Positions 1 through 9,724 of a stretch of 64,000 bases of DNA are shown here, in pieces. Below the pieces are notes generated by a model. That model was not told where the DNA came from, did no database searches, and worked only from the letters and a program-made list of their open reading frames with translations. Position 1 is the stretch's first letter; the number at the start of each line of letters is the position of its first letter. This DNA comes from an uncultured Candidatus Saccharibacteria bacterium (lineage in GTDB: Bacteria > Patescibacteriota > Minisyncoccia > Phycocordibacterales > G965230995): assembly GCA_965230995.1 (NCBI GenBank), contig OZ246398.1:528213-592212 (forward strand), written 5' to 3'. A program made the translations under genes and the position numbers.

Positions 1-491
1 TTGGTGCGGGTAAAGGATTTGATATTGTGGTTTATATTACTGTCAGTACTGGTGTCGGTGGGGTGAGAATAGTTAATGGAAAAATAGACACAAATAGATT
101 TGGCTTTGAACCAGGTCATCAAATAGTCGATGCAGACGGAACAATGGACAAAACACAGCATAGCCACCTCGGCTTGGGACATTTGGATAATCTAATATCT
201 GGTAAGGCTCTATTTGAATCGACAGGAATACAACCAAAGTGTGTCTCAGATGAAGAATTATGGAAAAGACGAGCAAAAGATTTAGCTGTTGGTTTATACA
301 ATACTATTTTGCATTGGTCCCCAGATGTTGTCGTGCTAGGTGGAAGTATGATTACAGGTAAACCTTGTATAGAAATACCCGAAGTGGAAAAAAATCTAAA
401 AGAATTAATGCAGGCTTTTCCAAAACTTCCCGAAATTAAAATGGCAGAACTTGGAGACGAAAGAGGTCTGATCGGGGCAAGTTTAATATAA
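1..491 (+). CDS. ROK family sugar kinase (5'-truncated by window edge)
   Basis: Frame open from position 3; YITVSTGVGG, EPGH and VVVLGGS ROK motifs; ends GLIGA. Confidence 0.85.
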   Translation, partial: GAGKGFDIVVYITVSTGVGGVRIVNGKIDTNRFGFEPGHQIVDADGTMDKTQHSHLGLGHLDNLISGKALFESTGIQPKCVSDEELWKRRAKDLAVGLYNTILHWSPDVVVLGGSMITGKPCIEIPEVEKNLKELMQAFPKLPEIKMAELGDERGLIGASLI

Positions 492-503
492 TAAAAATAC
501 GTA

Positions 504-1361
504 ATGAATGTCGGAATAATTATTAAAAAAGACGAAAGAACAGTGATGAGAAGACTTAGGGAAAGCCTGGAAAGTCTTGGTCATGAAGTACGTTATTTTT
601 CTGGTATTCATATAAAAGTAAGCAATCCAGATGTCTCAGTTTTTTCTGATATGGATATTATTTACTATTGGAGTGGTTTGGGGCTGATTTCTCAGACATG
701 TTTGGCTACAATGATAAATGATTCTCTAAAGATTCCATTTGTAAACAAATCTGTTTGGAAAAATCCACTTATGAGGGATAAAATATTTCAAATATTTACA
801 GCAAGAGATTCTGGGATAAAGATCCCAAAAACCCTAATCGGTAATATGCTGTCATTTGAAGAAATCCAAAAGGAACTAGGTATCCCATTTGTTGGAAAAA
901 TATCATCAAATTCATCCCAAGGCAGGGGAGTATGTTTAATTAATTGCCTGGAAGATTTGGAAAAATTTGCCCTAGATTTTTCACAAAGAGAAATGTTATT
1001 TCAAGAATTTGTTGATTACGACGCAGATTTTCGAGTTAATGTAATTGGAGGAAGGGCGGTTTGTGCTTTTGAAAAAGCCCTGAGTGATAGCGATTTTCGA
1101 GCAAATATAAAAGTTCCTGGAATAAAAATATCTGATAGTTCATTAATTAAAAAACTATTTTTGCTTGCAGAAAAAATCACAAAAGAATTTGAAGGGGCAG
1201 ATAACGTTGGGGTTGATTTTATAAGAGACAAAAAAAGCGGAGAGATATATTTTCTAGAGATAAATTCTACACCTTGGCTGGAGGACAAAAAAGATGTGGG
1301 TTACGATACCGCTATGGAGTTAGCGATTTTTCTTGCAGACTTAGCAAAAAACAAAAATTAA
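504..1361 (+). CDS. RimK-family ATP-grasp amide ligase
   Basis: DKIFQ..IPKT, SSQGRGV, FQEFV..DFRV, FRAN, GVDFI..FLEINSTP motifs. Confidence 0.8.
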   Translation: MNVGIIIKKDERTVMRRLRESLESLGHEVRYFSGIHIKVSNPDVSVFSDMDIIYYWSGLGLISQTCLATMINDSLKIPFVNKSVWKNPLMRDKIFQIFTARDSGIKIPKTLIGNMLSFEEIQKELGIPFVGKISSNSSQGRGVCLINCLEDLEKFALDFSQREMLFQEFVDYDADFRVNVIGGRAVCAFEKALSDSDFRANIKVPGIKISDSSLIKKLFLLAEKITKEFEGADNVGVDFIRDKKSGEIYFLEINSTPWLEDKKDVGYDTAMELAIFLADLAKNKN

Positions 1362-2263
1362 TCTATAATTTTCTTACGAAAAATCTTTTTCTTTATTATA
1401 TTTGCAATTTCTTTTGGTACATCTATACCAGTAAAGCTCATAAAGCTTCTTTCTCCGTAAAAACCAGGCTTGACGTTTACCTCGAGTACGTATGGTTTGC
1501 CAGTTATTTCATCACGGAGTATGTCAATTCCAGAAAGACTGGTCTCGCAAGCCTTTGCTGCTCTTAGGGCAATATTTTTTTCCTCTTTTGTTATATCAAT
1601 TTTAGATCCTGTTGCACCCTGAGAGATGTTATGTAGAAAGGTGTCTGACTCTCTTTTCATTGAGCCAATTATTTTATTTTCGAAAACCAGAACCCGGATA
1701 TCAAAATTAGATTTTAATATTTTTTGTACAATGAATAACTCTCCAGAAATTTCCTTCAGTTTATTTTTAAGTTCTTGTTCAGTGTCTATTTTCCATACTT
1801 CTTTTCCATTTGCCCCTTTTTTCTTTAACACAAATGGAAGTGGAATTTCTGACATTATTGTAGATTTATTTGATTCAAAAGATTCCTTTGAACAAATAAT
1901 TGTTTTTGGAAATGGTATTTTAAAGAAAGAAAAAATTGCAGCTTGAGTAATTTTGCTTGTTGCTAGATCGTTATATCGCTGTATCGGTGCGTCTAATTTA
2001 TGTCCCTTTAGACTTAGATATCTATATAGGATAGAAACAAAATCATCTTTCACTCCTCTAAACAAAAAATAACAGTCGTTATAGAAAATCTCGTTGTTCT
2101 TTGAGAACAATCGCATTTTATCATTATCAAAAATCATTACAGAATTTGAAGTCAAAAGTTCAATATATTCTGCTTCGGAAAAAAATGTTGGAAAATACTC
2201 AAACCGATGGTCAGGGTTAATTACAACAACTTTTTTTTGTTTAATGCTGTTCTTTTTGGTCAT
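1358..2263 (-). CDS. RimK-family ATP-grasp amide ligase (second, convergent copy)
   Basis: FPKT, PFVLK..GANGKEV, DIRV, HNISQGA, GIDIL..VLEVNVKPG motifs. Confidence 0.82.
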   Translation of the reverse strand: MTKKNSIKQKKVVVINPDHRFEYFPTFFSEAEYIELLTSNSVMIFDNDKMRLFSKNNEIFYNDCYFLFRGVKDDFVSILYRYLSLKGHKLDAPIQRYNDLATSKITQAAIFSFFKIPFPKTIICSKESFESNKSTIMSEIPLPFVLKKKGANGKEVWKIDTEQELKNKLKEISGELFIVQKILKSNFDIRVLVFENKIIGSMKRESDTFLHNISQGATGSKIDITKEEKNIALRAAKACETSLSGIDILRDEITGKPYVLEVNVKPGFYGERSFMSFTGIDVPKEIANIIKKKIFRKKIID

Positions 2264-2264
2264 A

Positions 2265-3554
2265 TTATTTATTTTTTGAAGTCTCTATTTTTATCAAAGA
2301 TTCCAATTTTCTTATATCTGCCAAGAGATCTGATCTTGTCTTGTTAAACAGTGTTACATCAATTACACTTTTTCCTCCATTTTTTGCATATTTAGCTCTA
2401 TCTCCGACAACTTTGTTTACCTTTAGTTTTTTTACAGAATTTAATTCCTTTCCTTTTTTTATTCCAGAAATTGATGTGATATATCCTTCGTTCTTTGCAA
2501 AGAACTGTAATACAGAAGTGTAACCTAAAACTGTTTTAGGAATTATTACAGGCTTGGGAATTCTAACCAAAATATCGTTTGAGTTGTGGTCTATCCCGTA
2601 TGATAGTTTGTACATATCATGTCTAAAACCACCAGGTCTTGGTCCTAATTCAATAACCTTCCAACCTTTTTCTGTCCTCATTAATTCAATGTGTGCTGTT
2701 GAGCTGCGTAATCCCAAGGCGTGTATTGCATCATGACAAACGGAATAGGCTTTCTCTATGTTCTCTTTACTGAGTAGTGTAGGAACAATTCTCTGGTATC
2801 CAAAAAAATCATCAAATCCGATCGTTCGTCCGGTTTTTACGTGAACTGGTGGGCAGTAAGAAACTTTTCCTCTCGAAGTAACATAGGCATCAACAGAATA
2901 CATATCACCATCCATAAATTGTTCTACTAGCACCAATGCTTCTCCGCGTCCGTGCGCGTCTTTATAAACACTTTTTATTTTTCTAAAAACTTTATTCAAT
3001 TCTCTTCGAAGTTCATCCTTATGAAATACGAGATTAACCAAGAGACTTTGCGCTAATCCGCTTGGTTTGATTACTAGTGGATATCCAATTTTTTCTTCGA
3101 TTTTTTTTAGGGTGCTTTCTTTATTATCGTGAACAACCATATATTCAGGAGTGATTTTCCTGTTATATGCTTTAAAACGTCTACGCATCTCAATCTTGCT
3201 TGTTGCCCATTCAAGAGATTTTACTGTTGGGGTTCTTAGGTATGGGACGAATGGTATTATTGTTTGCAAATAGGGTATGTTTGTCTCTGATCTAGATGTG
3301 ACAGCTACCAGTTCTTTATAATATGGTAGGAGGGCCTCTTGAATTGATTTACTTGATTCAAAATTAGCAGGGATTGCTATATCGAACATTTTTGAAACCT
3401 CAACCTGTTCCTTTGTGGCTTTGTTGCTCGGATAAATTATTGCAGTCCTATATTCACCCTTGTTGGCATTTTTAAAATCTACAAATGTTTGTGCAACCGC
3501 TTTTCCTGCAAGTCCAGCGAAAAGAACAATGTCCCTTTTTCCTTGGTCTTTCAT
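2265..3554 (-). CDS. ATP-grasp protein, L-amino-acid-ligase-like (about 429 aa)
   Basis: Start re-placed at MKDQGK (3554); IGYPLVIKP, LVEQFMDG..YSVD, AHIELM..IELGPRPGG; C-terminal extension like LAL-type ligases. Confidence 0.75.
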   Translation of the reverse strand: MKDQGKRDIVLFAGLAGKAVAQTFVDFKNANKGEYRTAIIYPSNKATKEQVEVSKMFDIAIPANFESSKSIQEALLPYYKELVAVTSRSETNIPYLQTIIPFVPYLRTPTVKSLEWATSKIEMRRRFKAYNRKITPEYMVVHDNKESTLKKIEEKIGYPLVIKPSGLAQSLLVNLVFHKDELRRELNKVFRKIKSVYKDAHGRGEALVLVEQFMDGDMYSVDAYVTSRGKVSYCPPVHVKTGRTIGFDDFFGYQRIVPTLLSKENIEKAYSVCHDAIHALGLRSSTAHIELMRTEKGWKVIELGPRPGGFRHDMYKLSYGIDHNSNDILVRIPKPVIIPKTVLGYTSVLQFFAKNEGYITSISGIKKGKELNSVKKLKVNKVVGDRAKYAKNGGKSVIDVTLFNKTRSDLLADIRKLESLIKIETSKNK

Positions 3555-3605
3555 GTTTTTGCCAAATATATAAATTAAAAATGCCCTTGTTGGGCATATG
3601 TATAT

Positions 3606-3634
3606 ATTATCTATTTCTAAAAGGGCACTGTCAA
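3606..3634 (-). promoter_or_regulatory. Putative sigma70 promoter for the minus-strand ATP-grasp pair
   Basis: Minus strand TTGACA-17 nt-GATAAT. Confidence 0.5.
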
Positions 3635-3705
3635 GCAAAAAGTGGAAAAGAGAGGATAAAAAATAGGTGCTTGTCAATATCCATTTTTTCGGTATGATAA
3701 TTAAT

Positions 3706-4278
3706 ATGTTTAAAAAAGAGGAAATTATAAGGTTAAAAGAGGGTGCATTGGCAGTTATCCCCACAGATACTTTATATGGATTGGTCACTACTACGAGAAA
3801 CAAGACGTCATACGAAAAACTTGTTCGTGTAAAAGGTATCAAACCTGAAAGAGTTGGATTTATTGTTTTAATTCCTGAAATTGAATCTCTAAAAGAGTTT
3901 GGAATTAAGCTTGGTGAATTTGAAGAAAAAATTTGCAAAAAGGCGTGGCCAGGACCATTTAGTATTGAATTTAAAATCAGAAGTGATTTTAAGGAAATGA
4001 CAGGTTTTGACGTCCCTGCATTTAGGGTTCCAAACAACGAAGACTTGCTTGCGCTACTAAAAGAGACAGGGCCTCTCTTTGCTCCTTCAGCAAATATAAC
4101 CAATATGCCACCATCAAAAACAATTTCCGAAGCAAAAAAATATTTTGGTGATCAAGTTGATTTTTATATAGATGCAGGGATTTTGGATAACCCACCATCT
4201 ACTGTAATTGCTTTTGATGGAGAAAAAATAATTATTAAAAGGCAGGGGTCTGGCGATATGCAATCTCTCGGTATTTAA
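3706..4278 (+). CDS. tsaC: L-threonylcarbamoyladenylate synthase (TsaC/Sua5/YrdC)
   Basis: IPTDTLYGL, WPGP, FRVP, APSAN, PSTVI motifs; ATG 3706 lies 7 nt after TATGAT. Confidence 0.92.
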   Translation: MFKKEEIIRLKEGALAVIPTDTLYGLVTTTRNKTSYEKLVRVKGIKPERVGFIVLIPEIESLKEFGIKLGEFEEKICKKAWPGPFSIEFKIRSDFKEMTGFDVPAFRVPNNEDLLALLKETGPLFAPSANITNMPPSKTISEAKKYFGDQVDFYIDAGILDNPPSTVIAFDGEKIIIKRQGSGDMQSLGI

Positions 4279-4296
4279 TATGTTACAATAATATAT

Positions 4297-5073
4297 ATGG
4301 AACCTATAAAAGGAATGAAGCAGATTTTTTTTATTTTCGGAGCAATAGTACTTGCGGTAGCTATATTATTTTCAATTTCATTTTTGCTAAAAAAGGATGA
4401 GGTCGTAGATGATACAAAAAATGACCTACCAAAATCAGGGTTTAAATCATTTGAAGTAGAAAGACCATTTTTTGTTATTGAATCTTCTGGATTTGAATCT
4501 GTTGCGATATATGGCGTGCCAACTGGAACAGATATAAAGGACTCTTCTCATGTTGCTATAGCGACGACGACTCTTGCGACAGAAAAAAACAATGAACAAA
4601 TATGGAAAGGTATGATTCCAAATGAACCAATTCTTCTTTCTGAAATATATGCAGTAGCGGTAGATTCTCTAGGAAATAAGTCAGAGAGATATTACTTTCC
4701 ACTAAAGGGAGCAAGTGATATTTACAATGCATTATGGTTCGAGACTCCATCAGAGGTTTTAGAACTTTTATTAAAAGATACTAAAGAGGTAAATGGAATA
4801 AAATTTGAATTAACAAAAATAATATCTGATAGTAGGTGCGGTGTAGATATTAATTGTATTTCTGCTGGTAGTGTCAAAATTGAAGTCATGGCGAAAGCAT
4901 ATGGAAAAGAAGAAAAGATAACACTGGATAGTATGGATAAAGAAAGCGTCTCTGTGTTTGGTCAAAAAATCACGTTCAAAAAAGTTTTGCCAGAGCGTGG
5001 CAAATCTCAAAGTATAATCAAAGACAGTGAATACAGAATATTTTTGCTGGTAGAACAAGAATCTAAAGAGTAA
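4297..5073 (+). CDS. Membrane-anchored hypothetical protein with C-terminal DSRC-x5-C-x2-AG domain
   Basis: N-terminal hydrophobic helix; DSRCGVDINCISAG motif typical of exported proteins. Confidence 0.7.
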   Translation: MEPIKGMKQIFFIFGAIVLAVAILFSISFLLKKDEVVDDTKNDLPKSGFKSFEVERPFFVIESSGFESVAIYGVPTGTDIKDSSHVAIATTTLATEKNNEQIWKGMIPNEPILLSEIYAVAVDSLGNKSERYYFPLKGASDIYNALWFETPSEVLELLLKDTKEVNGIKFELTKIISDSRCGVDINCISAGSVKIEVMAKAYGKEEKITLDSMDKESVSVFGQKITFKKVLPERGKSQSIIKDSEYRIFLLVEQESKE

Positions 5074-5082
5074 AAAATATTT

Positions 5083-5769
5083 TTATATTTTTTTGTAACC
5101 GCTTCTAACAGGAGATTTCTTGATGGTGTCTATTATTTCGTCCAAATTATCTGTTAGTCTGTACAAATCAATATCAGCTGGGCTTACTGTTTTGTGTCTG
5201 ATTAAGTTGTTTATTATAAAGTCATGAAGAGGCCCCCAAAAATCTTTACCTACAAGGAAAATCGGAACTTTTTCAATTTTGTGTGTTTGCACGAGTGTGA
5301 GTATCTCAAAAAATTCGTCCATAGTTCCAAAGCCACCTGGAAAGAATAAATAGGCTTCGGCAGCAAATGAAAGACAAACCTTTCGGCTAAAGAAATAATT
5401 GAATTCCATACCGTTTGTTACATATCTGTTCATGCCTTGCTCTGACGGTAATTTAATCGACAGGCCCAAAGAATGCCCGTCTTTTTCAAATGCTCCTCTG
5501 TTTGCAGCTTCCATAATTCCTGGACCGCCACCAGAAAGAACAGAATATCCTAATTCTGTAACTATTCTTCCAGCAAGTTTTTTTGCGGTATCGTAATATT
5601 TGTTGTCAGAATCAAATCTGGCCGAACCAAAGAAAGTAACAGATCTCGGGTGACCTTGGATAAAACGGAAACCATTTATAAATTCGCCGGTAATTTTGCT
5701 AATTCTTTTTCCTGCTTCTTTTTGAATTTCTGCTAATGTTAGAGGATCGTATTCGGGTTCATTTTTCAT
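5083..5769 (-). CDS. LOG family (TIGR00730-like) nucleotide phosphoribohydrolase
   Basis: VTFFGSAR, SGGGPGIMEAANRGA, FPGGFGTMDEFFE; start re-placed at MKNEPE. Confidence 0.9.
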   Translation of the reverse strand: MKNEPEYDPLTLAEIQKEAGKRISKITGEFINGFRFIQGHPRSVTFFGSARFDSDNKYYDTAKKLAGRIVTELGYSVLSGGGPGIMEAANRGAFEKDGHSLGLSIKLPSEQGMNRYVTNGMEFNYFFSRKVCLSFAAEAYLFFPGGFGTMDEFFEILTLVQTHKIEKVPIFLVGKDFWGPLHDFIINNLIRHKTVSPADIDLYRLTDNLDEIIDTIKKSPVRSGYKKI

Positions 5770-5875
5770 ATATGTTAATTGTAATTTGTAAAGCCTTATT
5801 TGCAAAGGCAAAAGTCCCATAGATTTTTATAGTATTTTATGTTATCGTTTTTTTATATCAGATAATTTTTTTTGT

Positions 5876-6388
5876 ATGGATTTTCTTGCACAGCACAAGC
5901 CGGTATTTATAGGGATAGTTCTCCTTGTTCTTGCCACAAGTGTTTTTTCTCTTTTGAGCAATACTGATGAGAGAAACAAAAAGGCAGCTGTCGTCGAAGG
6001 TATACAAGATTTAGCTACAAATATGAATAGTGAATTAAAAATAGAAGACATTATCGTTGGAACAGGAAAAGAAGCTGTAAGCGGAAAAAATATTGTCGCA
6101 AATTACACTGGAAAATTTATTGACGGAACGATTTTTGATACAAGTCTGGAATCTTCAGCAAAATCAGGTGGTGTTTATAATCCAGCAAGACCATATGAAC
6201 CTTTTGAATTTACTCTCGGAGCAGGACAGGTAATCCAAGGTTGGGACAAGGGCTTTGCAGGTATGAAAGTTGGAGGAAAAAGAATTTTGACCATTCCTTC
6301 TGATTTGGCTTATGGACCAAATGATTATGGTCCAATTCCTGGGGGATCAACACTCGTTTTTGAAGTTGAACTCTTGGACGTAAAGTAA
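5876..6388 (+). CDS. FKBP-type peptidyl-prolyl isomerase with N-terminal membrane anchor
   Basis: YTGKFIDGTIFD, VIQGWDKG, MKVGGKR, LAYG, LVFEVELL. Confidence 0.93.
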   Translation: MDFLAQHKPVFIGIVLLVLATSVFSLLSNTDERNKKAAVVEGIQDLATNMNSELKIEDIIVGTGKEAVSGKNIVANYTGKFIDGTIFDTSLESSAKSGGVYNPARPYEPFEFTLGAGQVIQGWDKGFAGMKVGGKRILTIPSDLAYGPNDYGPIPGGSTLVFEVELLDVK

Positions 6389-6392
6389 ACAA

Positions 6393-7604
6393 ATGCAAAA
6401 GCCGATTAGCTTTAAAATTACAAAAGAGCTTTCAGGTGAATTAGGTAGAAGCGCTATTCTTGAAACTCCACATGGGCAGGTGAAAACACCTGCTTTTGTG
6501 GTTGTGGGAACGAAAGCAACCGTTAAAGCAATCACTCCGGAAATGTTAAAAGAAACCGGAGCGCAGGTTGCTTTAGCAAATACATATCATCTATATTTGG
6601 AGCCCGGGGACGAAATTATTGCCAAGGCCGGTGGTTTGCATAAATTTATGAACTGGAATGGTCCTACCATGACTGACTCTGGTGGCTTTCAGGTTTTCTC
6701 TTTGGGCTCGGCATACGGGAAGGGAATATCAAAAATTCTCAAATCAACAGAAAAGGAATTAGCTCTCACTCATATTGAAAACGAAAATGAGATTCCAAAA
6801 ATTGCTCATATAGATAATGACGGGGTAATGTTTAGAGACCACTTGTCAGGAACGGCCCATTATTTCACTCCAGAAAAATCTATCGAGATTCAGCACAATA
6901 TTGGTGCTGATATTATTTTTGCTTTTGACGAATGCACATCTCCAACAGAAAGCAGACACTATCAAATGGAGGCTCTAGACAGAACTCATCGCTGGGCAAA
7001 GAAGTCGCTTGAATATCACAAATCAAAAAACAATTCAGAAAGGCAAGCTTTGTTTGGAATTGTTCAGGGTGGTAGGGATGAAGAATTGCGAAAAGAAAGC
7101 GCCCGTGTAATAGGGGAAATGGATTTTGATGGTTTTGGTATTGGTGGATCATTTGCAAAAGAAGATATGTCCACAGCAGTAAAATGGGTTAATGAAATTT
7201 TGCCAAAAGAAAAACCAAGACACCTTCTTGGGATAGGCGAGCCTCTCGATTTGTTTATGGGTGTTAGAAATGGTGTTGATCTCTTTGATTGTGTTGCTCC
7301 GACAAGGATGGCAAGAAATGGTGGGCTCTATACAAAATTTGGAAAGATAAATATTACAAATAGTAAATACACTGATGATTTTTCTGTAATTGACGAAAGT
7401 TGCGAATGCTATACCTGCAAAAATTATACCAAAGCATATTTAGCACATCTTTTCAGAGCAAAAGAAATGCTCGCGGGTACGCTGGCAACAATTCACAATA
7501 TACATTTTATAGTGAACCTCGTAGAAAAAATGAGGGCATCAATTGAAGATGGAACTTTTAATGAATTGGAAAAAGAGTTTTTCTCCACATACAAAGAAAA
7601 ATAG
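6393..7604 (+). CDS. tgt: tRNA-guanine transglycosylase
   Basis: ANTYHL, TDSGGFQVFSL, GIVQGG, FDCVAPTRMARNG, Zn site CECYTC..HN. Confidence 0.96.
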   Translation: MQKPISFKITKELSGELGRSAILETPHGQVKTPAFVVVGTKATVKAITPEMLKETGAQVALANTYHLYLEPGDEIIAKAGGLHKFMNWNGPTMTDSGGFQVFSLGSAYGKGISKILKSTEKELALTHIENENEIPKIAHIDNDGVMFRDHLSGTAHYFTPEKSIEIQHNIGADIIFAFDECTSPTESRHYQMEALDRTHRWAKKSLEYHKSKNNSERQALFGIVQGGRDEELRKESARVIGEMDFDGFGIGGSFAKEDMSTAVKWVNEILPKEKPRHLLGIGEPLDLFMGVRNGVDLFDCVAPTRMARNGGLYTKFGKINITNSKYTDDFSVIDESCECYTCKNYTKAYLAHLFRAKEMLAGTLATIHNIHFIVNLVEKMRASIEDGTFNELEKEFFSTYKEK

Positions 7605-7660
7605 AACTTTTGTCATTATTTTGTCCAAAACATTTAAATGATGTATGCTAAAAATCTAAA

Positions 7661-9712
7661 ATGTCGATTTTTAAACTTCATTCTGAATACAAGCCTGCCG
7701 GCGATCAGCCAAAGGCAATAAAAAATCTGCTAGATGGTCTTCAAAAAAAAGAACGCTATCAGACTCTTTTAGGCGTGACTGGATCCGGCAAGACCTACAC
7801 AATGGCAAATGTGATAGAAAAAATTGGCAAACCCACTTTGGTGATTGCTCACAACAAAACTCTTGCTGCTCAGCTTGCCCAAGAATACAGAGAATTTTTT
7901 CCAGAAAACGCAGTACACTATTTTGTCTCATATTATGATTACTATCAGCCGGAAGCATATATACCAGTCACAGATACATACATAGAAAAAGAAGCTCAAA
8001 TAAACGAAGAGATCGAAAGACTTCGACATGCCTCAACACAAGCCTTGCTTACTAGAAAGGATGTGATAATAGTCGCGTCTGTTTCTTGTATTTACGGATT
8101 GGGAAGCCCAGCAGAATACGAAAAAGTACATTTAAAAATTAAAAAAGGTGAAAAATCAGACAGAGCCATTTTAATCAGAAAACTCGTAGATATTCATTTC
8201 GAGAGAACAAATGCCGATTTACTACCTGGTCTTTTTCGAGCAATCGGAAATATGGTCGAAATTATGCCTGTTAACGAAAGAATTATATACAGAATTTCAT
8301 TTTCAAATGGAGAGATTTCAGACATAGAAAAAATTGATGCCATAACCAGAGAAATATTATCTAACGAAAATTTATTTTATCTATTTCCCGCTAAGCATTT
8401 CATTACAGATAAAAATGAAATTGAAAGAGCTATAAAAGATATTCAAGATGAATTAAAGGCCAGATTAAAAGAATTAGAAGACTCCGGAAAAATACTCGAG
8501 GCAGAGAGATTAAAGAGAAGAACTTCTTATGACCTCGCAATGATTCGTGAAATTGGCTACTGCAACGGTATCGAAAATTACTCGCGACATTTTTCTGGCA
8601 AAAAACAGGGCGAAGCTCCAGATACACTGCTTTCATATTTTCCTCACAAAGAAAATGGGGAGCCAGATTTTCTGACTATTATAGATGAATCTCACGTGAC
8701 TGTTCCGCAAATTGGTGCAATGTATGCTGGGGATGCTTCGAGAAAGCAATCTTTGGTTGATCACGGTTTTAGATTGCCATCTGCAAAAGACAATAGACCG
8801 CTGACATTTCCAGAATTTGAAAAAAGAGTCGGACAAGTAATATTTACTTCTGCTACGCCAGGAGATTTTGAAAGAGAAAAATGTCCAAAAATGGTTGAAC
8901 AGATTATCAGACCAACAGGTTTGATTGACCCAGTAATAGACGTAAAGCCAGTTACGGGAAATGAAAATTACAATGGTCAAATAAAAGATTTGATTGAGGA
9001 GTCGCAAAAAGCCATTTCAAAAGGTGGCCGTGTTATCGCCACAACCCTTACAAAAAAGATGGCAGAAGATCTCTGTGATTTTCTAAAGGAAAAGGGTATA
9101 AGCACTGCATATTTGCATAGTGATATAAAAACAATAGAGAGAATAGAAATAATATCTGATTTTAGAAAAGGTAAATACGATATTTTGGTTGGGGTGAATT
9201 TGCTCAGGGAGGGACTCGATATGCCAGAAGTTACTTTGATTGGAATACTTGATGGAGACAAAGAAGGATTTTTGCGATCAGAAACTTCTCTTATCCAAAT
9301 AATAGGTAGGGCAGCGAGAAATTCCCTCGGACGCGTGATTATTTATGCTGATAAAATAACAAAAGCAATAAATTATGCGATAAACGAAACAACTCGCAGA
9401 AGAGAAATACAAAACAAATACAATACAGAAAATAATATCACTCCAAAGACTATAATCAAAAAGATAAACGATATTACAGAGAGTATTAAATCGGAACATC
9501 AAAAAACTGTTTCTTCTTTGGTTGCTATCGATAAAACATTAAAAGGGGGTGATATTAAAAAAGTTATTGCAATGAAGGAAAAGCAGATGAACGGTGCAGT
9601 AAAGATATTAGATTTTGAAAGCGCCGCTATTTTGAGAGATGAGATTGCAGAGCTCTCAAAACTTCTTCCACAGGAAAAGCAGAAAAAAACTATCAAACGA
9701 AAAGCTTCGTGA
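7661..9712 (+). CDS. uvrB: Excinuclease ABC subunit B
   Basis: GVTGSGKT, YYDYYQPEAY, DESH, LLREGLD, GRAAR, C-terminal UVR coil. Confidence 0.98.
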   Translation: MSIFKLHSEYKPAGDQPKAIKNLLDGLQKKERYQTLLGVTGSGKTYTMANVIEKIGKPTLVIAHNKTLAAQLAQEYREFFPENAVHYFVSYYDYYQPEAYIPVTDTYIEKEAQINEEIERLRHASTQALLTRKDVIIVASVSCIYGLGSPAEYEKVHLKIKKGEKSDRAILIRKLVDIHFERTNADLLPGLFRAIGNMVEIMPVNERIIYRISFSNGEISDIEKIDAITREILSNENLFYLFPAKHFITDKNEIERAIKDIQDELKARLKELEDSGKILEAERLKRRTSYDLAMIREIGYCNGIENYSRHFSGKKQGEAPDTLLSYFPHKENGEPDFLTIIDESHVTVPQIGAMYAGDASRKQSLVDHGFRLPSAKDNRPLTFPEFEKRVGQVIFTSATPGDFEREKCPKMVEQIIRPTGLIDPVIDVKPVTGNENYNGQIKDLIEESQKAISKGGRVIATTLTKKMAEDLCDFLKEKGISTAYLHSDIKTIERIEIISDFRKGKYDILVGVNLLREGLDMPEVTLIGILDGDKEGFLRSETSLIQIIGRAARNSLGRVIIYADKITKAINYAINETTRRREIQNKYNTENNITPKTIIKKINDITESIKSEHQKTVSSLVAIDKTLKGGDIKKVIAMKEKQMNGAVKILDFESAAILRDEIAELSKLLPQEKQKKTIKRKAS

Positions 9713-9724
9713 TATAATTTCTAT

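Noticed and set aside
3555-4103. N-terminal 183-aa extension of the 612-aa minus-strand ORF
   Set aside because: It is the antisense shadow of tsaC plus intergenic DNA; a promoter at 3606-3634 and the domain start support ATG 3554
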